A DNA stretch of 64,000 nucleotides from the human T2T-CHM13v2.0 reference genome, Homo sapiens. Position 1 is the stretch's first letter. Every line of letters starts with the position of its first letter. The notes under the pieces are model-generated. The model worked only from the letters and a program-made list of their open reading frames with translations, was not told where the DNA came from and did no database searches. Location of the stretch: the NCBI RefSeq assembly GCF_009914755.1, contig NC_060935.1; one strand, 5' to 3'. Shown here piece by piece: positions 42,865-56,869 of the stretch. Made by a program: the position numbers and the translations under genes.

Positions 42865-43110
42865 AGAGCTATGGAACAGCAGTACTGATTAGTGGCTGCA
42901 CCCCAGAGTTGGTTGGATGTGGGTTTAATTTTACACATACATGACCTGGAAAAGTTCATAATGTATTTTTAATCCTAACTTTTCTCATCTGCAAAATGGA
43001 AATAATAATAGCATTTAAAATCTGTTTTAAGGATTAAAAAATATAATGTATATATCAAGTGCTTTGCACAGCACTGGCTTGGAATAAGTTATCACTGAAG
43101 TTGGCTATTG
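42865..43110 (+). mobile_element. MIR SINE
   Basis: ttttctcatctgcaaaatggaaataataatagc core. Confidence 0.7.
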
Positions 43111-43194
43111 CTATTAGATAATCATGCTAATATTAGACAATGAGTCTAAGAATCATTTTTTTTCTTCTACTGCTGTCAGCCCACATCTTTCTTT

Positions 43195-43857
43195 TTCTTA
43201 GACCTTGCTGAGGTCCCACAGCATCAGCCATCATGCTGAGACAAGCTGGTCATGGAGACCTTAACCCAGCAGTGCTAGAGGAATTAAAGACACACACACA
43301 GAAACATGGAGTGTGGAGTGGCAAATCAGGGGTCTCAGAGCCTTCAGAGCTGAGAGCCTTGAACAGAGATTTACCCACATATTTACTGACAGCAAGCCAG
43401 TCATAAGGTTTACTAAAAGTATTCCTTATGGGAAATAAAGGGATGAGTCGAAATAAAGGGATGGGTCCGGCTAGTTATCTACAACATGAACATGTCCTTA
43501 AGGCACAGATCACTCATCCTATTGTTTGTGGTTTAAGAATGCCTTAAGAGGTTTTCCGCCCTTGGTGGGGCCAGGTGTTCCTTGCCCTCAGTAAACCCAC
43601 AACCTTCCAGCGTGGGCATCAAGGCCATCACGAGCATGTCACAATGTGGCAGAGATTTTGTTTATGGCCAGTTTTGGAGCCAGTTTATGGCCAGATTTGG
43701 GGGCCTGTTCCCAACAGCATCACCTAGAAATCTGTCAGAAATATAAATTCTTGGACGTCATCCTAGACCTACTAAATCAGAAAATCTGGAAGTGAGGGCC
43801 AGCAGTCTGAATTTTAACAAGAGCTCCAGGTAATCCTGATGCACATGAGTACCACTG
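43195..43857 (+). mobile_element. MER5A (hAT-Charlie), split by MER9
   Basis: cagcatcagc...atcacctagaaatctgtcagaaatataaattct...cctagacctactaaatcagaaa...ttttaacaagagctccaggtaatcctgatgcaca. Confidence 0.75.
43234..43716 (-). mobile_element. MER9 solo LTR (HERV-K HML-3)
   Basis: Minus strand begins TGTTGGGAACAGGCCCCCAAATCTGGCCATAAAC; 6-bp TSD ccatca/gcatca, a length typical of HERV-K. Confidence 0.9.
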
Positions 43858-44194
43858 TTCCAACCACTGTACCTATAGCTCAGCTATTCTCAGTGAGGAG
43901 CTTTTGTAAACATGTAGAGAAGCTTTTGGTAGTCAACAAGCTTGATGATTCCTACTGGCAATTACTGGGGGTAGGGATGCTAAAGGTCCACAAACATCCT
44001 AAACCTTCACCTTCCTCTGCACCTATTGAAATTCTGCATAATTTCTGAGGCTTGGCTCCTTCGTATTTCATCTTCTTTATCCATTTTAGCCCAGACCATT
44101 ATCTCTCTTAGGACATAGCTACATGTATTATGTATAGTTAATATTATCTCATTTGCAATATTCTCAAAGAAGAAATCTATTACTTCTTTTTAGG

Positions 44195-44452
44195 TAGGCA
44201 GCATTAGTTTATTGTTTATTGGGCTGAGAACATAGACTAGGGAGCCAGAGTGCCTGGATATGAATCCTAGCTCTGTGACTCCTTCAGCATGTAACCTTGG
44301 GTTTTGCTACTTACCCCCTCTAAGCCTTATCTTTCTCATCTGTATAATGGGATCATAAGAGTACATACAGCAAAGGGTTGTTTTGAGGATTAAGCCTTTA
44401 GAACAGTGCTTGGCACAAAGTAAGCACTATACACGTGTTGGCTGTTATTATT
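44195..44452 (+). mobile_element. MIR SINE
   Basis: gagccagagtgcctggatatgaatcctagctctg...ctttctcatctgtataatggg...agaacagtgcttggcacaaagtaagcact. Confidence 0.85.
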
Positions 44453-45859
44453 TTTTCTACCCCTAAGCACATAATGTGAGGAATTTACTATTAATACATG
44501 CCTCATACATTTCACTGATTGGTCAAAGAATCTCCGAATTTATTCCCAATTCAACTTTCAAATGTTCATTAGACAACTCAAGGAAGTCATAATCACCAAC
44601 TTTAAATTCAAAAAGCACTGCTCTATAGAAGGAAAAATTGGCCTATTTGTTATTGTTTCAGAACATAAGGTTTGAAACTAAAGTTTTATAAAGGGCAACA
44701 GAGCGCATTTGCCCTGTGTGTCCCTGCTATTATCTCTTCCTCCTGTTCCTTCAACAGTGGAGGTCAAGGACTTGGAAATTTGGGATCCCAGCCATCTATT
44801 TCAATTTCTTTCTACTTGAGAGATATAAATGAGAACACAATCATATTTCCAGAGCCTCTGAGATTCTATTTGATTCATGTTCTTCTTAAAGGTTTTGCTC
44901 AAAAAGAGCCTTGTTTCCTGCCAATTTCTGATGGCTGCCCTCCATTACCTGCCCTTTTGTTTCCCAGAAGCCCATAGGCCATTAGCCTAAGTATGCATCA
45001 CTGGCAGGGGCCCTACATTTGGCGGCACTAAGCACAGCATGGGCAGATGAAATGCACCTTGGAGGTTGCCCATCCAAACATGGACAGCATCCAAGGCTTG
45101 AGGTGATGACATAGCCTGAGGTGGAACGAGTACATAGGGCTCTCAACAGTTATGTAATAAGGGCAGGAGGAGGATGTGGTGCATGAAAGTAAAAATGAAA
45201 CATTGCACAAGTAGGCTTTGGTTTCGTGAGGAAGCCTGAGAGTAAGAAAGGTGATTTAGGCTTTATATTGCATGTGATGTTGCACCAGCAAAGGTGGCCA
45301 AAAACCAATGAGGAAGGAAAATACTGGTCTTACAGCTCTTACCAATGGCATGAAGGAAAAGAACAGAAGACTATGCCTTTTATCTATTATCTGTGAGACT
45401 CCCTAAAATTAAATTCTTACTTCACTAGGTAGTCATTTCAAGCAGCAAATTAGTTCATAAAGTAATCTGATAAATAAACATCTTGGAAAACATTTATGCC
45501 AATGGCCAACATGTATTAAGCTATGGTACCAGGACAGAAAATTCTAGAAATGTTTATTTATCTGTTGATTTTGTAGCTAAAAGGAAGAGAGAGAGGAGGA
45601 AGGATTACAACTTTGTCTCAGCCAAGACCTTCCTTGGCAGGACTGTCAGGCCTACAGGCATGTCCTTAGTTTGGCTAGTTTGTGGCTTCCATTCGATCAG
45701 TTCATCCAGGAGAGCTCTGACTGGTGAATGGAGTTGTACTGCTGAAGCTCACAAGAGAGAGATGAACAAAATCAGTGTATTTTTAAAATTATTTTAAGCT
45801 TAGAGATAAAAATGCCAAAGAGATTGATAATCACATGAGCTGATGGTATCATTTTTCTA

Positions 45860-46635
45860 CCCAATCACAAAAATAGACAAAAAAAAATACCCTTTCACAA
45901 GGAAAACATGAAAATGGCTAATAATTGTATGAAAACATGCTGAATCTCAATTATCATCTGAGAAATGCAAACAAAACCCACAATGCCGTAAGACTACATA
46001 TGTACCCGAATGGCCAAATTTTTGAAAACAACAAAAATAGACAACACCAAGTAATTGGCAATGTGGCAATGATGGATCAGTGGACCCAAATACTGCTCCT
46101 GGAAATAAAATTGTTAGAACAACTTTGGAAAACCTTGACAGTGTCTACTAAAGCTGGAAATACACGGACTCAAATCTCAGCAACTTCATTTTGATATGCA
46201 ACAGATTTGAACCAAAAAACATGTACATAAATCTTCATAGCAGCATTATTCATAATAGCTAAAATTTGAAAACAATTCAAATGTTTCTCAAGAGAAGAAG
46301 GGATAAATATATAGTGGTATGACTATGGTAGAATAGTATGAAGGAATGAAAATGAACAAACCCATTACAACATACAGCACAAGGAATGACCCTCACAGAC
46401 ACAAAAGAGTCTGTACCACATATTTACATTCACTTCAAGTCTAAAAACAGGCAAAACTATGGTATTAGAAGTCTGAACAGTGGTTATCCTTGGTTGGAAA
46501 ATAACAGGAGTTAAAAGGAGAGGATCTTAGATGCTAGTAATGTCCTTTTTCTTGAATTGAATGTGACGTGTATTCATAAAAATTAGTCAAGCTGCACACT
46601 TGAGATTTATGCATATTTCTATTTGTATGCTACAC
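45860..46635 (+). mobile_element. L1ME-type 3' end
   Basis: gaaatgcaaacaaaacccacaatg, ttcatagcagcattattcataatagc, aaaacaggcaaaactatgg. Confidence 0.75.
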
Positions 46636-46637
46636 AT

Positions 46638-46812
46638 TACTGTTTCTCAACTAGGATTGATTTTGCCTCCCAGAGGACATTTGGCTACTTCTGGAGACAT
46701 TTTTGAATCTCACAACTAGAGGGTGTACTGGCATCTAGTAGACAGAGACCGTCCTGTAATGCATAGCACAACCACACAACCTCCTATGACAAAGGATTAT
46801 CTACATATCAAT
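46638..46812 (+). mobile_element. MER20 (hAT-Charlie)
   Basis: tttctcaactaggattgattttgcctcccagaggacatttggc...tggagacattttt...tactggcatctagt. Confidence 0.8.
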
Positions 46813-47753
46813 AAAAGTAGTGTGCAGAATAAAATAGCAGCAACAGAATAATAATAATGTGTACAGCTTACACAACACTAATGTAAGATGTTCCTGATAA
46901 AAGTCGAGGTGCACTTATACTGTGTCACTCGTGCTACACAAGTCAGCAGTCCATGACGATATGTGGTAAGCCTACAACTACTGCATGCAAAGTTCTATGC
47001 AACTGTGGAAAAACCTCATACTTAATGAAGGAACAAGGGCTTAAGCCCAGGAAAAATAAATGTATTTTCATTGTATCCCAATGAGTGCCCATAAATTAAT
47101 GTCTGAGAGGGAAGCAACTAGATACTTTGTTGACTTTTAAAACTCCAATATGTTGCACAGTTACTACACAGAGTAAGCACTATTTGTTGAATTTATGAAT
47201 CAATAGTTCTCCCCAAGGCCGTACCAACCACAAACATCATTCTGTAATGCAATAGCCTTGCACATCTATGTCTTTCCAACTTCCCAAGCTCCAAATTTAC
47301 CTGCCCTGCATCCTATCAGGTAGCCATCTAATTTTTCTGACACATTAATAAATACCAAGGTTTTAACTGTGGCAGTAGGTTTATATGCTACCAAGTTTCA
47401 TAGTTGAATTTTGAAAGGGTCAACTGAAGACACAGTTTTCTAACCCAAAGAAGTAATGCTAGAAATTCTATGTACTTGTGGCAGGCCTACAAGGGAGAAA
47501 TATAAAAAAGGACAAGGAGCATTTTCAGTGACACTCAAATCAAACACTGAAAAGGGTTGCCTTTGATGAGAAGTCACATTACTATGGCACTTACAACAGC
47601 AGGAAAGAATTTCAATGAGAGTATTTATGAAAACATATCACACATTCATAGGCTCTTCACACATACAAAAACATTGATATACATTTAGGTTAAAGAATGT
47701 GGAAGCAGGGGTACTAACACTGAAATGTTTAGAGATTGTTTTGACATTTCACG

Positions 47754-48277
47754 TGTGGTAGATACAATAGTACCCTCCACCTCCAAAAGATGGCTGATGT
47801 CTGTGCTATAATTTCTGAAACATGTCAGTATGGAGGGTTAGAAGGAAAGTGATAATTAAAGTTGCAGAAGCAATTAAGGTTGCTAATCAGCTGACTTTAA
47901 AATAGTGGCATTATCCTAGATTATCTAGGCAAACCCAATGTAATCACAAGAGTCCTTAAAAGGAGAAGAGGACGATAGAAGAGAACAAGAGAGACAGCAA
48001 CATTAGAAGGATTCAGCCCAACATTGCTGGTTTTGAAGGTGGAGAAAGAGGGTCATGAGCCAAGGACTATGGGAAGCCTCTAGAAGATAGAAAAGGCAAG
48101 AAAATGAATTTGCCCTTTGGAGCCTCCAAAAGGAACACAGTCTTGCTAGCATCTTGCTTTTAGCCTAATGAGACCTATTTTGGATTTCAGACCTTCAGAA
48201 CTGTTAGATAATAAATATGTTATTTTAAGCCACTAAATTTGTAATAATTTGTAACAAGAGCAATAGTAACTTATGCA
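47754..48277 (+). mobile_element. MLT1D-like MaLR solo LTR
   Basis: tgtggtaga...attaaggttgctaatcagctgactttaaaatag...ttttaagccactaaatttgtaataatttgt. Confidence 0.85.
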
Positions 48278-49237
48278 CTATATTGATGAATTGAGAAAAG
48301 GCCATGAGTCACTCAAGCAACTGACAATATAATTCATATTGACTTCTAAGTATAATTAAAAGGAACATATATACGTCCAAAACTACACATGCACACACAC
48401 CCTTGTAATTTTTAGTCACTTCCTCATGGCATTCCTCTTCTCATTTGATCTTGTTATCAGAATTCAAGGATAAACCTGGGCCACAAGGGATTGCTTGCAG
48501 TTACCAAGAGTTAATTGAGAGATACCAGAAAGCCCACACAGGTTTTATCTACATTTCCTGGGATTAAAGTCAAATTGGGCAAATGGAGAGAGAAAAGCGT
48601 GTTTACTCTCTGGCAAAGGGGATAGCTTCAGAAGAAAGTTGTCCATTTGCTGACAAAGTTGGTAATTTGCAGATTTGCAAAACTAGGACACAAAATACAC
48701 ACAGGTGCAAATAAATATCTGTAAACCAAAAAAGTTAAACAAGTAATTTGAGATGGCTGGGAGAGAGCCAATTAATTAATTCCATCTCCAGGAATATTGC
48801 AAAGCCAATCTATGATCCAGGTTAAAAAGCAAAATCACACACTGGCAACAAAGGGATGGCTTAGGAAGGCAGAAATGCCTATAATCTTCATCAGCCCCAT
48901 AACCCAAATCAACTCTAAATAAACATCTAACTCAAGTAAAAACATGATTACTATGTAAACACAGCTTCAAGCTACTGCCAAATAAATACACTTTCCACAT
49001 AAAGCAGTGTGCCTTTCCCCAAAATCAGCTTTGGAGTAGTACTCTACCCACCCCCAATTCCCACTAGATCATAGCCCCCAAGCCCTTCATAAATGGAAAT
49101 TCTGGAGGTGCCAAAGCTCTCCAGAATTTCAAGGATAGTTTTATCTCTTTTGAATAAAGTAAAAGAAAGAAACAAGTGGTACATTGAAGCAACAGTGGGA
49201 TGCCAAGAACTTGAAAAAAAAAAATTAACAAAATTAC

Positions 49238-49616
49238 TCCTATAGTTTGAATGTGTCCCCCAAAAGCGTGTGTTGGAAACTTAATCCCCAATTCAACAGT
49301 GCTGGGAGATGGGGCCTAACGGGAGTTGGTTAGGCCATGAGGGCACAGTGAATGGATTAATACTGTTATTGCAGGAGTGGGTTCATTATAAAAGGGAGAG
49401 TTTGAGTCCTTTTTGCTTTCTCTCTCTCTCTCTCTCTTTCTCTCTCAGCCCTTCTGCCTTTTACCATGGGATGATACAGCAAGAAGGTCCTCACAAGATG
49501 CTGGCCACTTGATCTTGGACTTTCCAGCCTCCAGAATTGTAAGCAATACAATTCTGCTTATTATAAATCACCCAGTCCCAGGTATTCTGTTATAACAGCA
49601 AACATGAACTAAGGCA
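49238..49616 (+). mobile_element. MSTD-like MaLR solo LTR
   Basis: tatagtttgaatgtgtcccccaaaagcgtgtgttggaaacttaatcccc...gaactaaggca; perfect 5-bp TSD ATTAC. Confidence 0.88.
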
Positions 49617-52029
49617 ATTACCTTCTGAGAGAAAAATAAAATGAACACACTGTCTCAAAGCTGGTTTATATAAGTTTGCTTTAAAAACTAAGACACAGGC
49701 TGGCAAGCACTAGTTATAAGCAGATTTAGAGTATAAGCATATTCAGAGAAACATACACCAATCAGAAAGGGACTGTTCAGAAAAGAAAATATTTTAAAAA
49801 AAAGATGACACAGAAGCAAATTTGGCTGTGCTCACTCAACCCCTGTCTAGAAGAGAGGGCCCCTTGGTTTGTGAAGAGTATTAGGTCTCTGTGCCAAGTG
49901 TGCACCCCTGAAAACAGATGGCTGCCTCAGTCCATCATGTTCTGATCTAACTAGACAGGCAACTTATCTAACTCTCCTGATTCTGATTACATGTCCACCA
50001 TGTAACATTCTTATCACAAATGACTATAGGGAGGGAATGCACTAATCAGCAACCAAGAGCTCTTTATCTGCTTAATATACTTATATTCTCATCATAAATT
50101 CATTGATCGTTTTTCTAGTTTAATTTGAACCATGCACCATCTTTCCATCTGATTAACACTCACCCCATACGAGCTCCAGGAGCCATGGGTTCTTTGTCTT
50201 AAAGGGAAGGATTTTTGCCAACTGTTAGTTGTCTGGGAGTGGTCATAATTCTCACCAGAGCACTTGTCTTGCCCACAAAATGGTTGGGATTATTTTAGAG
50301 GCTTCTGGAACTGTCTGGGATCGTGTTTATGTGCCACTAGGTCTACTTGGTTTTGAGCTAGCTCCCATTTTTTTCTCACCAGAAACCCCAAGCCCTGCTC
50401 TTTCAAAAAACCCCGTTCTCCCATCTGCTAAGAAGCACACATTACTAAGTAAACACCAAGGAAAGAGAGACTTACTCGTGAATAGAAAATTAAAACATGA
50501 AAAAGAATGGGCTAGAAATTAAAGAGAACAGCCTAAGGAGGGCTTGTCTCATGAAGAAACAGGGAGACCAAATTACCTGAGCCCTAGTTTCTATTCCAGC
50601 TCAGCCCTGTGCAACCACCTTTGTAGCCTGGCAGAACTACTAAGGTCAGTGATGATCAAATTTTATGTGTGTCCTGGCTAATAAAAATACTAGTACTCAT
50701 AACACTAGTGTTTACTTTTAATTAAATTATTTTTATCATAATGCTATTTAAATAGAAGTGCAAACATAAACCTAGGTATAAATTTCTTATGCGCACCCAA
50801 CTATGAACTTACAGAACCAATATAATTCACATTACCTCTATTAATTTAATGTGACAGAGGATGTTACTTGCTGAAATAAAAATCACTCCTTTCTCTGTGA
50901 CCATGGTCCTGAATGCCAGAGCAGGAATGTTTTTGGTTTGGCAGCCTATGCTACTGTGTGCTTGAGAGAACTTAATGTTCCCATCACAGTTCTTTATTTA
51001 AGTTACTGTGAAACTTTTACTCATAGCTTGCATCATGATGCCATTGGCCTTCCCTAATATATTATTTTTTTCTCTGTTCTTTTCCTTTCCACTTGAGGCC
51101 AATAAAGTTGTAAACACAAAAGCCAACTCCAACACAGAAATTATGTGGCAGTACTAAGGTAGGCATTTGATGACTTAGAATGTATTTACATTAATGTGCT
51201 AAAAGTTAAACACAAATTTAAGTTTAATTACTGTGGAGAACCTACACACGCTAGTTTAAGTAAATGGTAAATCTAGTCCCTTGACTGAGCATCATGTCAG
51301 GCTTTCACTCCCTCCTTCTAATGCACATGAAATATGTAAGACATAAAATCAATGTTTCCTTTCTGCTCTCAGCTCACAAAATGGTTGAGGCAACCTTATG
51401 CCTTTTTCTTTCATTTTGCACTCCGCAACTCTGAGCTTCTATTTGAGCAAGGTTATGTAAGTTGTCTGGGGAATATTCGTGGATCCCTCTTCTCAAGGAA
51501 AGCTGAAAACTGGAAGAGAATGAGATTTGCATCCTAGTGCCTATTCTTTAGTTTTGTAAAAGAGCAACAGCCTATCATTAATGGAGCAGAACAGCAGACA
51601 GGACTGGAAAAATTCCCCAACTGTTTATTTTTCCCTACTCATGCCTGCTAAAGCAGAACTTAAACCTCCCTTTGCATTCTACTCCATTTTCCCCTTCCCT
51701 TGGAATGTGAAGTCTACTTTTAGGATGGAAGAAAATAAACATTAAAATTTTACAAACTGGAAGCATTGGTTACAAGAGCTTCTGGCATATCTGCATCAGT
51801 TTTCCATTTAATCAAATAACTTAGGAGTGGAGTAGGGCACTAACAATGTTCCAAAAGACCAATAAGCCCTATTTCCCCAAATGCCCACTGATTAAAAATG
51901 CCACCTTTATCATATATAAATCTCCATATAAATGCAGATCAGTTGCTGAACTCCATGCTGCCACACTAATCTATCAGTCTATTCCCAGGAGCATTTAACC
52001 ATTTTAAATACTATGAACAGACAGGAACT

Positions 52030-52760
52030 TCTAGATATGATCTCCTTGCTTTCTAATTTTTCTTTCATAATTTTTTCCCCTTTGCTCTCTACATTTTTGG
52101 AAATTTTATCATCTTCATCTTTGAGATCTATAATTTGGTCTTCAGGTCTTCTATTTAAAAATTTAGCAATCTTGATTTTTATTTATAAGAGCTGTTCTTT
52201 ATTCTTCCTCCTTCATTGCAGCCTGTTTTTATTTTGAGGTGGCAATATTCTCTTAAATGTCTCTACCTATAACATTAAATGTTCTTAAAGTTCTCTTCTG
52301 TTTCCTGGGTCACTGGTTCTGATTTTTTCCTCTACCTCTAGGTTCTTTATGTTTTATCGCTGCTTTTCCTCGAATATCTGGATAGTCTTAATATTTTCAT
52401 TAATCTGATCTCCATTTTCTTTCAATTATTCAGAAATTCTTCTAAGTTTCTATTCATTATATCACTCTTTCTCAATTTTCAGCATTGTTATGGATGTACT
52501 GACTTCAAAGTTTCTTTTCTCTGATTATATTGAGGATTTAAGAAGACGATTCAGTTCGCCATCCTGTAATAATTTATTAATTTTTTAAAGACAAAATTCA
52601 TGTCTCTTCTTTAAATAATGGTGGCAGAACATGTGGGGATTTCATACGTCATACAAGAGTGTACTTTCAACCAAATGCCGTCTGATTTCAAATGGTCACC
52701 TTTATCACATACTAAACTTCTGTACAAATGTAGGTTTATTTCTGAGCTTTGTGCCGCCTC
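52030..52760 (-). mobile_element. Ancient L1M fragments
   Basis: T-rich degenerate reverse L1 motifs (tttatcacatactaaacttc...ggtttatttctgagcttt). Confidence 0.45.
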
Positions 52761-52969
52761 ACTAAGCTATCAATCTATTTATATATCAGTAACATTTTTT
52801 TAAATTAATTATTGGTTCGCTTACTCCCATTTGCCCAGCAGATATCCACTTGCAAATTGGAAAGGATTGTGAAAAAAAAGAAAATGATAATACAGACTAG
52901 TAACATATCTTGAAAAATGTTTTCCTCCTTGCAAACATCGAAGAACAGAAAAGCAAGTGGTTACCTAAG

Positions 52970-53215
52970 ATTTACAACATTTCCTTAACATTTATGATAA
53001 CATGTATCCTGTCACAAAGTATATATAACAAATAGTATCTTTAATTTATCCCCAAAATAGTAATTAATGTCTCGATTAATATCTCCATTTTACAGAAAAA
53101 GAAATCAAAGCCTGGAGAACTTTGAGTTAAGTATCTTACTCAAAATTACCCAACTAGCAAATGGCAGGACTTAAACTTGGATCTCACTCCAGAACTCAGA
53201 CTCTCACTGCTATAC
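52970..53215 (-). mobile_element. MIR SINE
   Basis: tctccattttacagaaaaagaaatcaaagc...cccaactagcaaatggcagg. Confidence 0.7.
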
Positions 53216-54959
53216 AACACGTGCCACTTTTTATTCAAGCAATGGAGCTTCTTTTTTCATGTATTAGAACGCTCTTTATTAACTAGCTTGCCCTTCTGCT
53301 CTAAATGAATTAGAAAACAAGTCCATTGCTGATTGCCACACTTGTGGAAGGCAGACCTGTATCCCGACCATGTGTGCAGAGCAATGTAATTCAAACACAA
53401 TGACACCCTCCGTGAGGATAGACTCAGCTTTCTGCTGGTTGGTCTCTGCCTCTCATACCAAAAGGTCTCCAGGCCCACAGGCTACTCCTTACTACATCTA
53501 CAAGATATGCCACAAGCTTAAATAGATGTTTTATATGTAGGTACATGACAAATACAATCATGCAAAAAGCGTGTATATCAGGAGACAAAAACAGACAAAC
53601 AATACAGAAATGAAAATACTTATATTAACGAGGCAATCTTATGGGAAAGCATTTATTTAAAAATCTATGCTGGAATCACTGTCTTTACAGATTTTAAAAG
53701 TAATAAAATAATTTAATTCATTTAATGTATTAAATGTGGCATCCTGGATTAAAGAATAATCAAAGATTCTCCTCTAAAATGTATGTTGATTTCATTTCCC
53801 CTTTTGTCCACCCTCTATGGCCTAAGAATGTGTGAAATGGCCAAAAGGAAGGAATTGAGGAACAAAGGGCCTGGGTAGTGACAACCAAAGAAACAGCTGG
53901 GGGTTAGATACCATAAAAGCAAACTGAAGGAAGGAATCAGAGAAGCGAGGGAAAAGAAAACAGTTTTTTTCTGCCTTCAACCACTCTAAGAGGTAAGGGT
54001 CATAAAACAAGAGAAGCTGCTTGAAGTAAATATAATGACCTGGGAAGGATAGGACATGAGGAGGGAAAGATGAACTAGGGAGATAAAGAATAAAGGGAAA
54101 TGAAAGGATTTAAAAAGCAAACAGGAAATTCATCTAAAGAGGATAGAGAGGGAAGGATAACAGCTGAGGTTTAAGTAATACGTTGGTCAGATAGTAACAT
54201 TATTATTATTTTATGCTTACATGCAGATGGGAAACATGCTCCATTTCTAAAAGCCCAAGAGAAAAGGTCACACCTTTAATTTCCAGGCTCCTATAGCTTT
54301 TCCATTCCTCATCTCCCAATGCCAGCAAAAGTTTCAAATCCAACAATACTTATGGTGATTTAATTTGGTTACAAAGACTCATGGGGTAGGAAATTTTAAC
54401 TTGACATCCAAAGCTTAGGTTCCAGAAGACCAACATCTCAGACTGGCCAGTGACCCACTGGCCACACTCAAAGCAAAAATAATTATCCAGAACTTTAAAA
54501 TAAGACAAGAAGAGCACTGCAAGATCTCTTGTCATCTATTAGAGAATTTTCTAACAACCCTGCTGCGAGTTATCTGATTCTCTAGGGCTGTCATTTAGTT
54601 CGACTTCATATTTATTATTAATTAGGGCTCATATTCTGTGTATAGTTGTTAATTTGTAGAAGATTGATCAATTGTGAGATATTTTTGTCCAGTGAGGATA
54701 AAAATAATAATTGCCCAGTGAAAAAGATAACCTCAGAGGCTACCATTTTATTGGCCCCCTAGGACGTGTATAGTTTTGTATGTAACTTACCAACCTTATT
54801 TGAGCATTCATTCTTTCACAAACTATATATACTTCTTTCTCTCAGAGTCTCCTTTACCAATCCTGTTGCTTTTCTCTTTGCTGGTTAAATCTTTGACACA
54901 TGCTCAATATACATTTAAATATGTTTTTAAATGTTTAAAATGAATACTTTAACAATATT

Positions 54960-55490
54960 ATCAACACTAATAACACATATTTAGCAGTATCTTACTATAT
55001 ATACCAGACATTTTATTAAGTACTTTGTGAACAGCATCTCATTTAATCCTCACAACAATCCATGAGTTTGGGTAAACTGAGGCCCAAAGAAAATAAGTAA
55101 TTTGTCAAGATCATCCTTGAGCAGAGGAAGGATTAGAACTCTGGGATGATTTAATAGGAATTCTGTATTCTTGTTATTGCATTGTATTTTTCTGCTAAGG
55201 TACCACAGTAATGCCTACCATGGACAGGAATCTAGCAATGACGGGAGGTGCTGGAAAGTCACTGAAGCTGGAAGTTGGGTGCTCATGATGTGAGGTAGTT
55301 GGTAAAATTGGTAAAGCTTCTAGAGAACTAACATGCTGATTTTGTATAAAGGGGGGTATCATCTCCGTTTAACAGATGAGGAGACTGAAATTCTGAAAGA
55401 ACTCTCTCCAAGTCACCCCACCAATAAGAAACTGAGCAAGAAAGTGGAAGCTCATCACCAGACCTCCAGCCCAGTGTATTTTCTGAGGCT
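54960..55490 (-). mobile_element. Two MIR SINEs (~54960-55140 and ~55350-55490)
   Basis: atctcatttaatcctcacaacaatcc...aaactgaggccca; atctccgtttaacagatgaggagactgaaa. Confidence 0.75.
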
Positions 55491-56519
55491 CCCCCTGCTT
55501 CTGAACAGATGGTCAGTAAGTTCAGCCTCATTTGTTCCACATCTTAGTTCCAAACTGCGGCTACAGCTGCCATTATTTCCCCTTTGTCCTGGATCTATTT
55601 GGCTTTGAGATTTTTATCTTCCTGCTTTTGTCTTTGACATAATGATCAGGCAACATTTAATTTGGTCTCTGGTTCTCATTTATTTTTCTGGCACTGGTCC
55701 CAGAGATCAACTCAAAGGAACAACACACAGTCACAAGATATCAACGGCCTGATTTCTATCAGGGCTATCTGACACTAAAGTTCAACATTCCCTTCCTGAC
55801 CACCACCCGCACACCCCAACAGTACAACATATGGACACAACCTTTGTAGATATGCTACCTGCTTGCCTGCAATATGAGTTTTACACCATAAAATTAGGTA
55901 CAGTTAATGGTAATTATTAAACAGATGGACTACTCTAAACAGCAAATACTTAGCAAGAATTCCACTTGAAAGCAACCCCTGCCTTACCCTTTTTATACAA
56001 GAAGTCTTTTTTAGAAATAAGGAAAAGGATAGAATTTGACCCAATATCTATCTGCATGTTATTTGCCAGTTTTAGCTCCATGAATACCACCCAGCAGTAC
56101 TCAATATATGTCTATTTAAGACTATCAATTGATAGTAATTAATCCAGAACCAACAAACCTATGAATTCATTCACCCTGAAATACCGAGGCATGTTATTTC
56201 CAGTAGCACTGCACTGGTTTTTGCTAGAACCCTAGCCAAGTTACTTTTCCTCTTTGTCTTTCAATGCCTTTACCTAAAGGAGGATTTTAAGTTCATAAAT
56301 CTCCTCCAATTCTGACTTTTTGATTTTGTACCATATCTATGTTATCTACATTCCTGCTAATGACCTAGAGAAGAAAATGCTTTCTACTGTGTCATCCCTA
56401 TACTATAGTTAGTATTAACAATTCACTTAGGAGTCTCCTAGGAGGAAAGAGCACTGAAATAAAGAAAAAGACAGGGGAATGGGGAGGAGAGTGGAATTAT
56501 AAATGGATGGGAAAGAAAA

Positions 56520-56745
56520 GCTAACATTTATGGATTCCTGCCATATTTTAAGCATTGCGCTAGGAACTTGCACATACGTAGCCTCATTTAATTTTCATAA
56601 CAATTTCAAAAAGAGGCTCTTATTGTCTCAATATGTATATATTTAAATCTGAGACTCCGAGAATGCAAAAAAACCTTGCCTCATATCACTCAACCAGTAA
56701 TTGGTGACAATTTAAACCCATTGTCTGATGTCAAAGCCCATCAAG
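56520..56745 (-). mobile_element. MIR SINE
   Basis: gctaacatttatggattcc...cctcatttaattttcataacaa. Confidence 0.7.
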
Positions 56746-56869
56746 GTGTACTTTCCATCTCATCCTTGAGAATGTTCACGTATCATTAGGGTATTTTGAA
56801 GTAAGTGCTGAGAATTGGTGCCTCTGTAGTTTATTAACTTGACAAATCTAAAGGGAATTTAAATTGGTA

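Noticed and set aside
52823-52963. Possible minus-strand exon (cttag acceptor, GGA|gtaagc donor) encoding a hydrophobic peptide
   Set aside because: Acceptor has a poor pyrimidine tract, the peptide is unrecognised and hydrophobicity follows from T-richness
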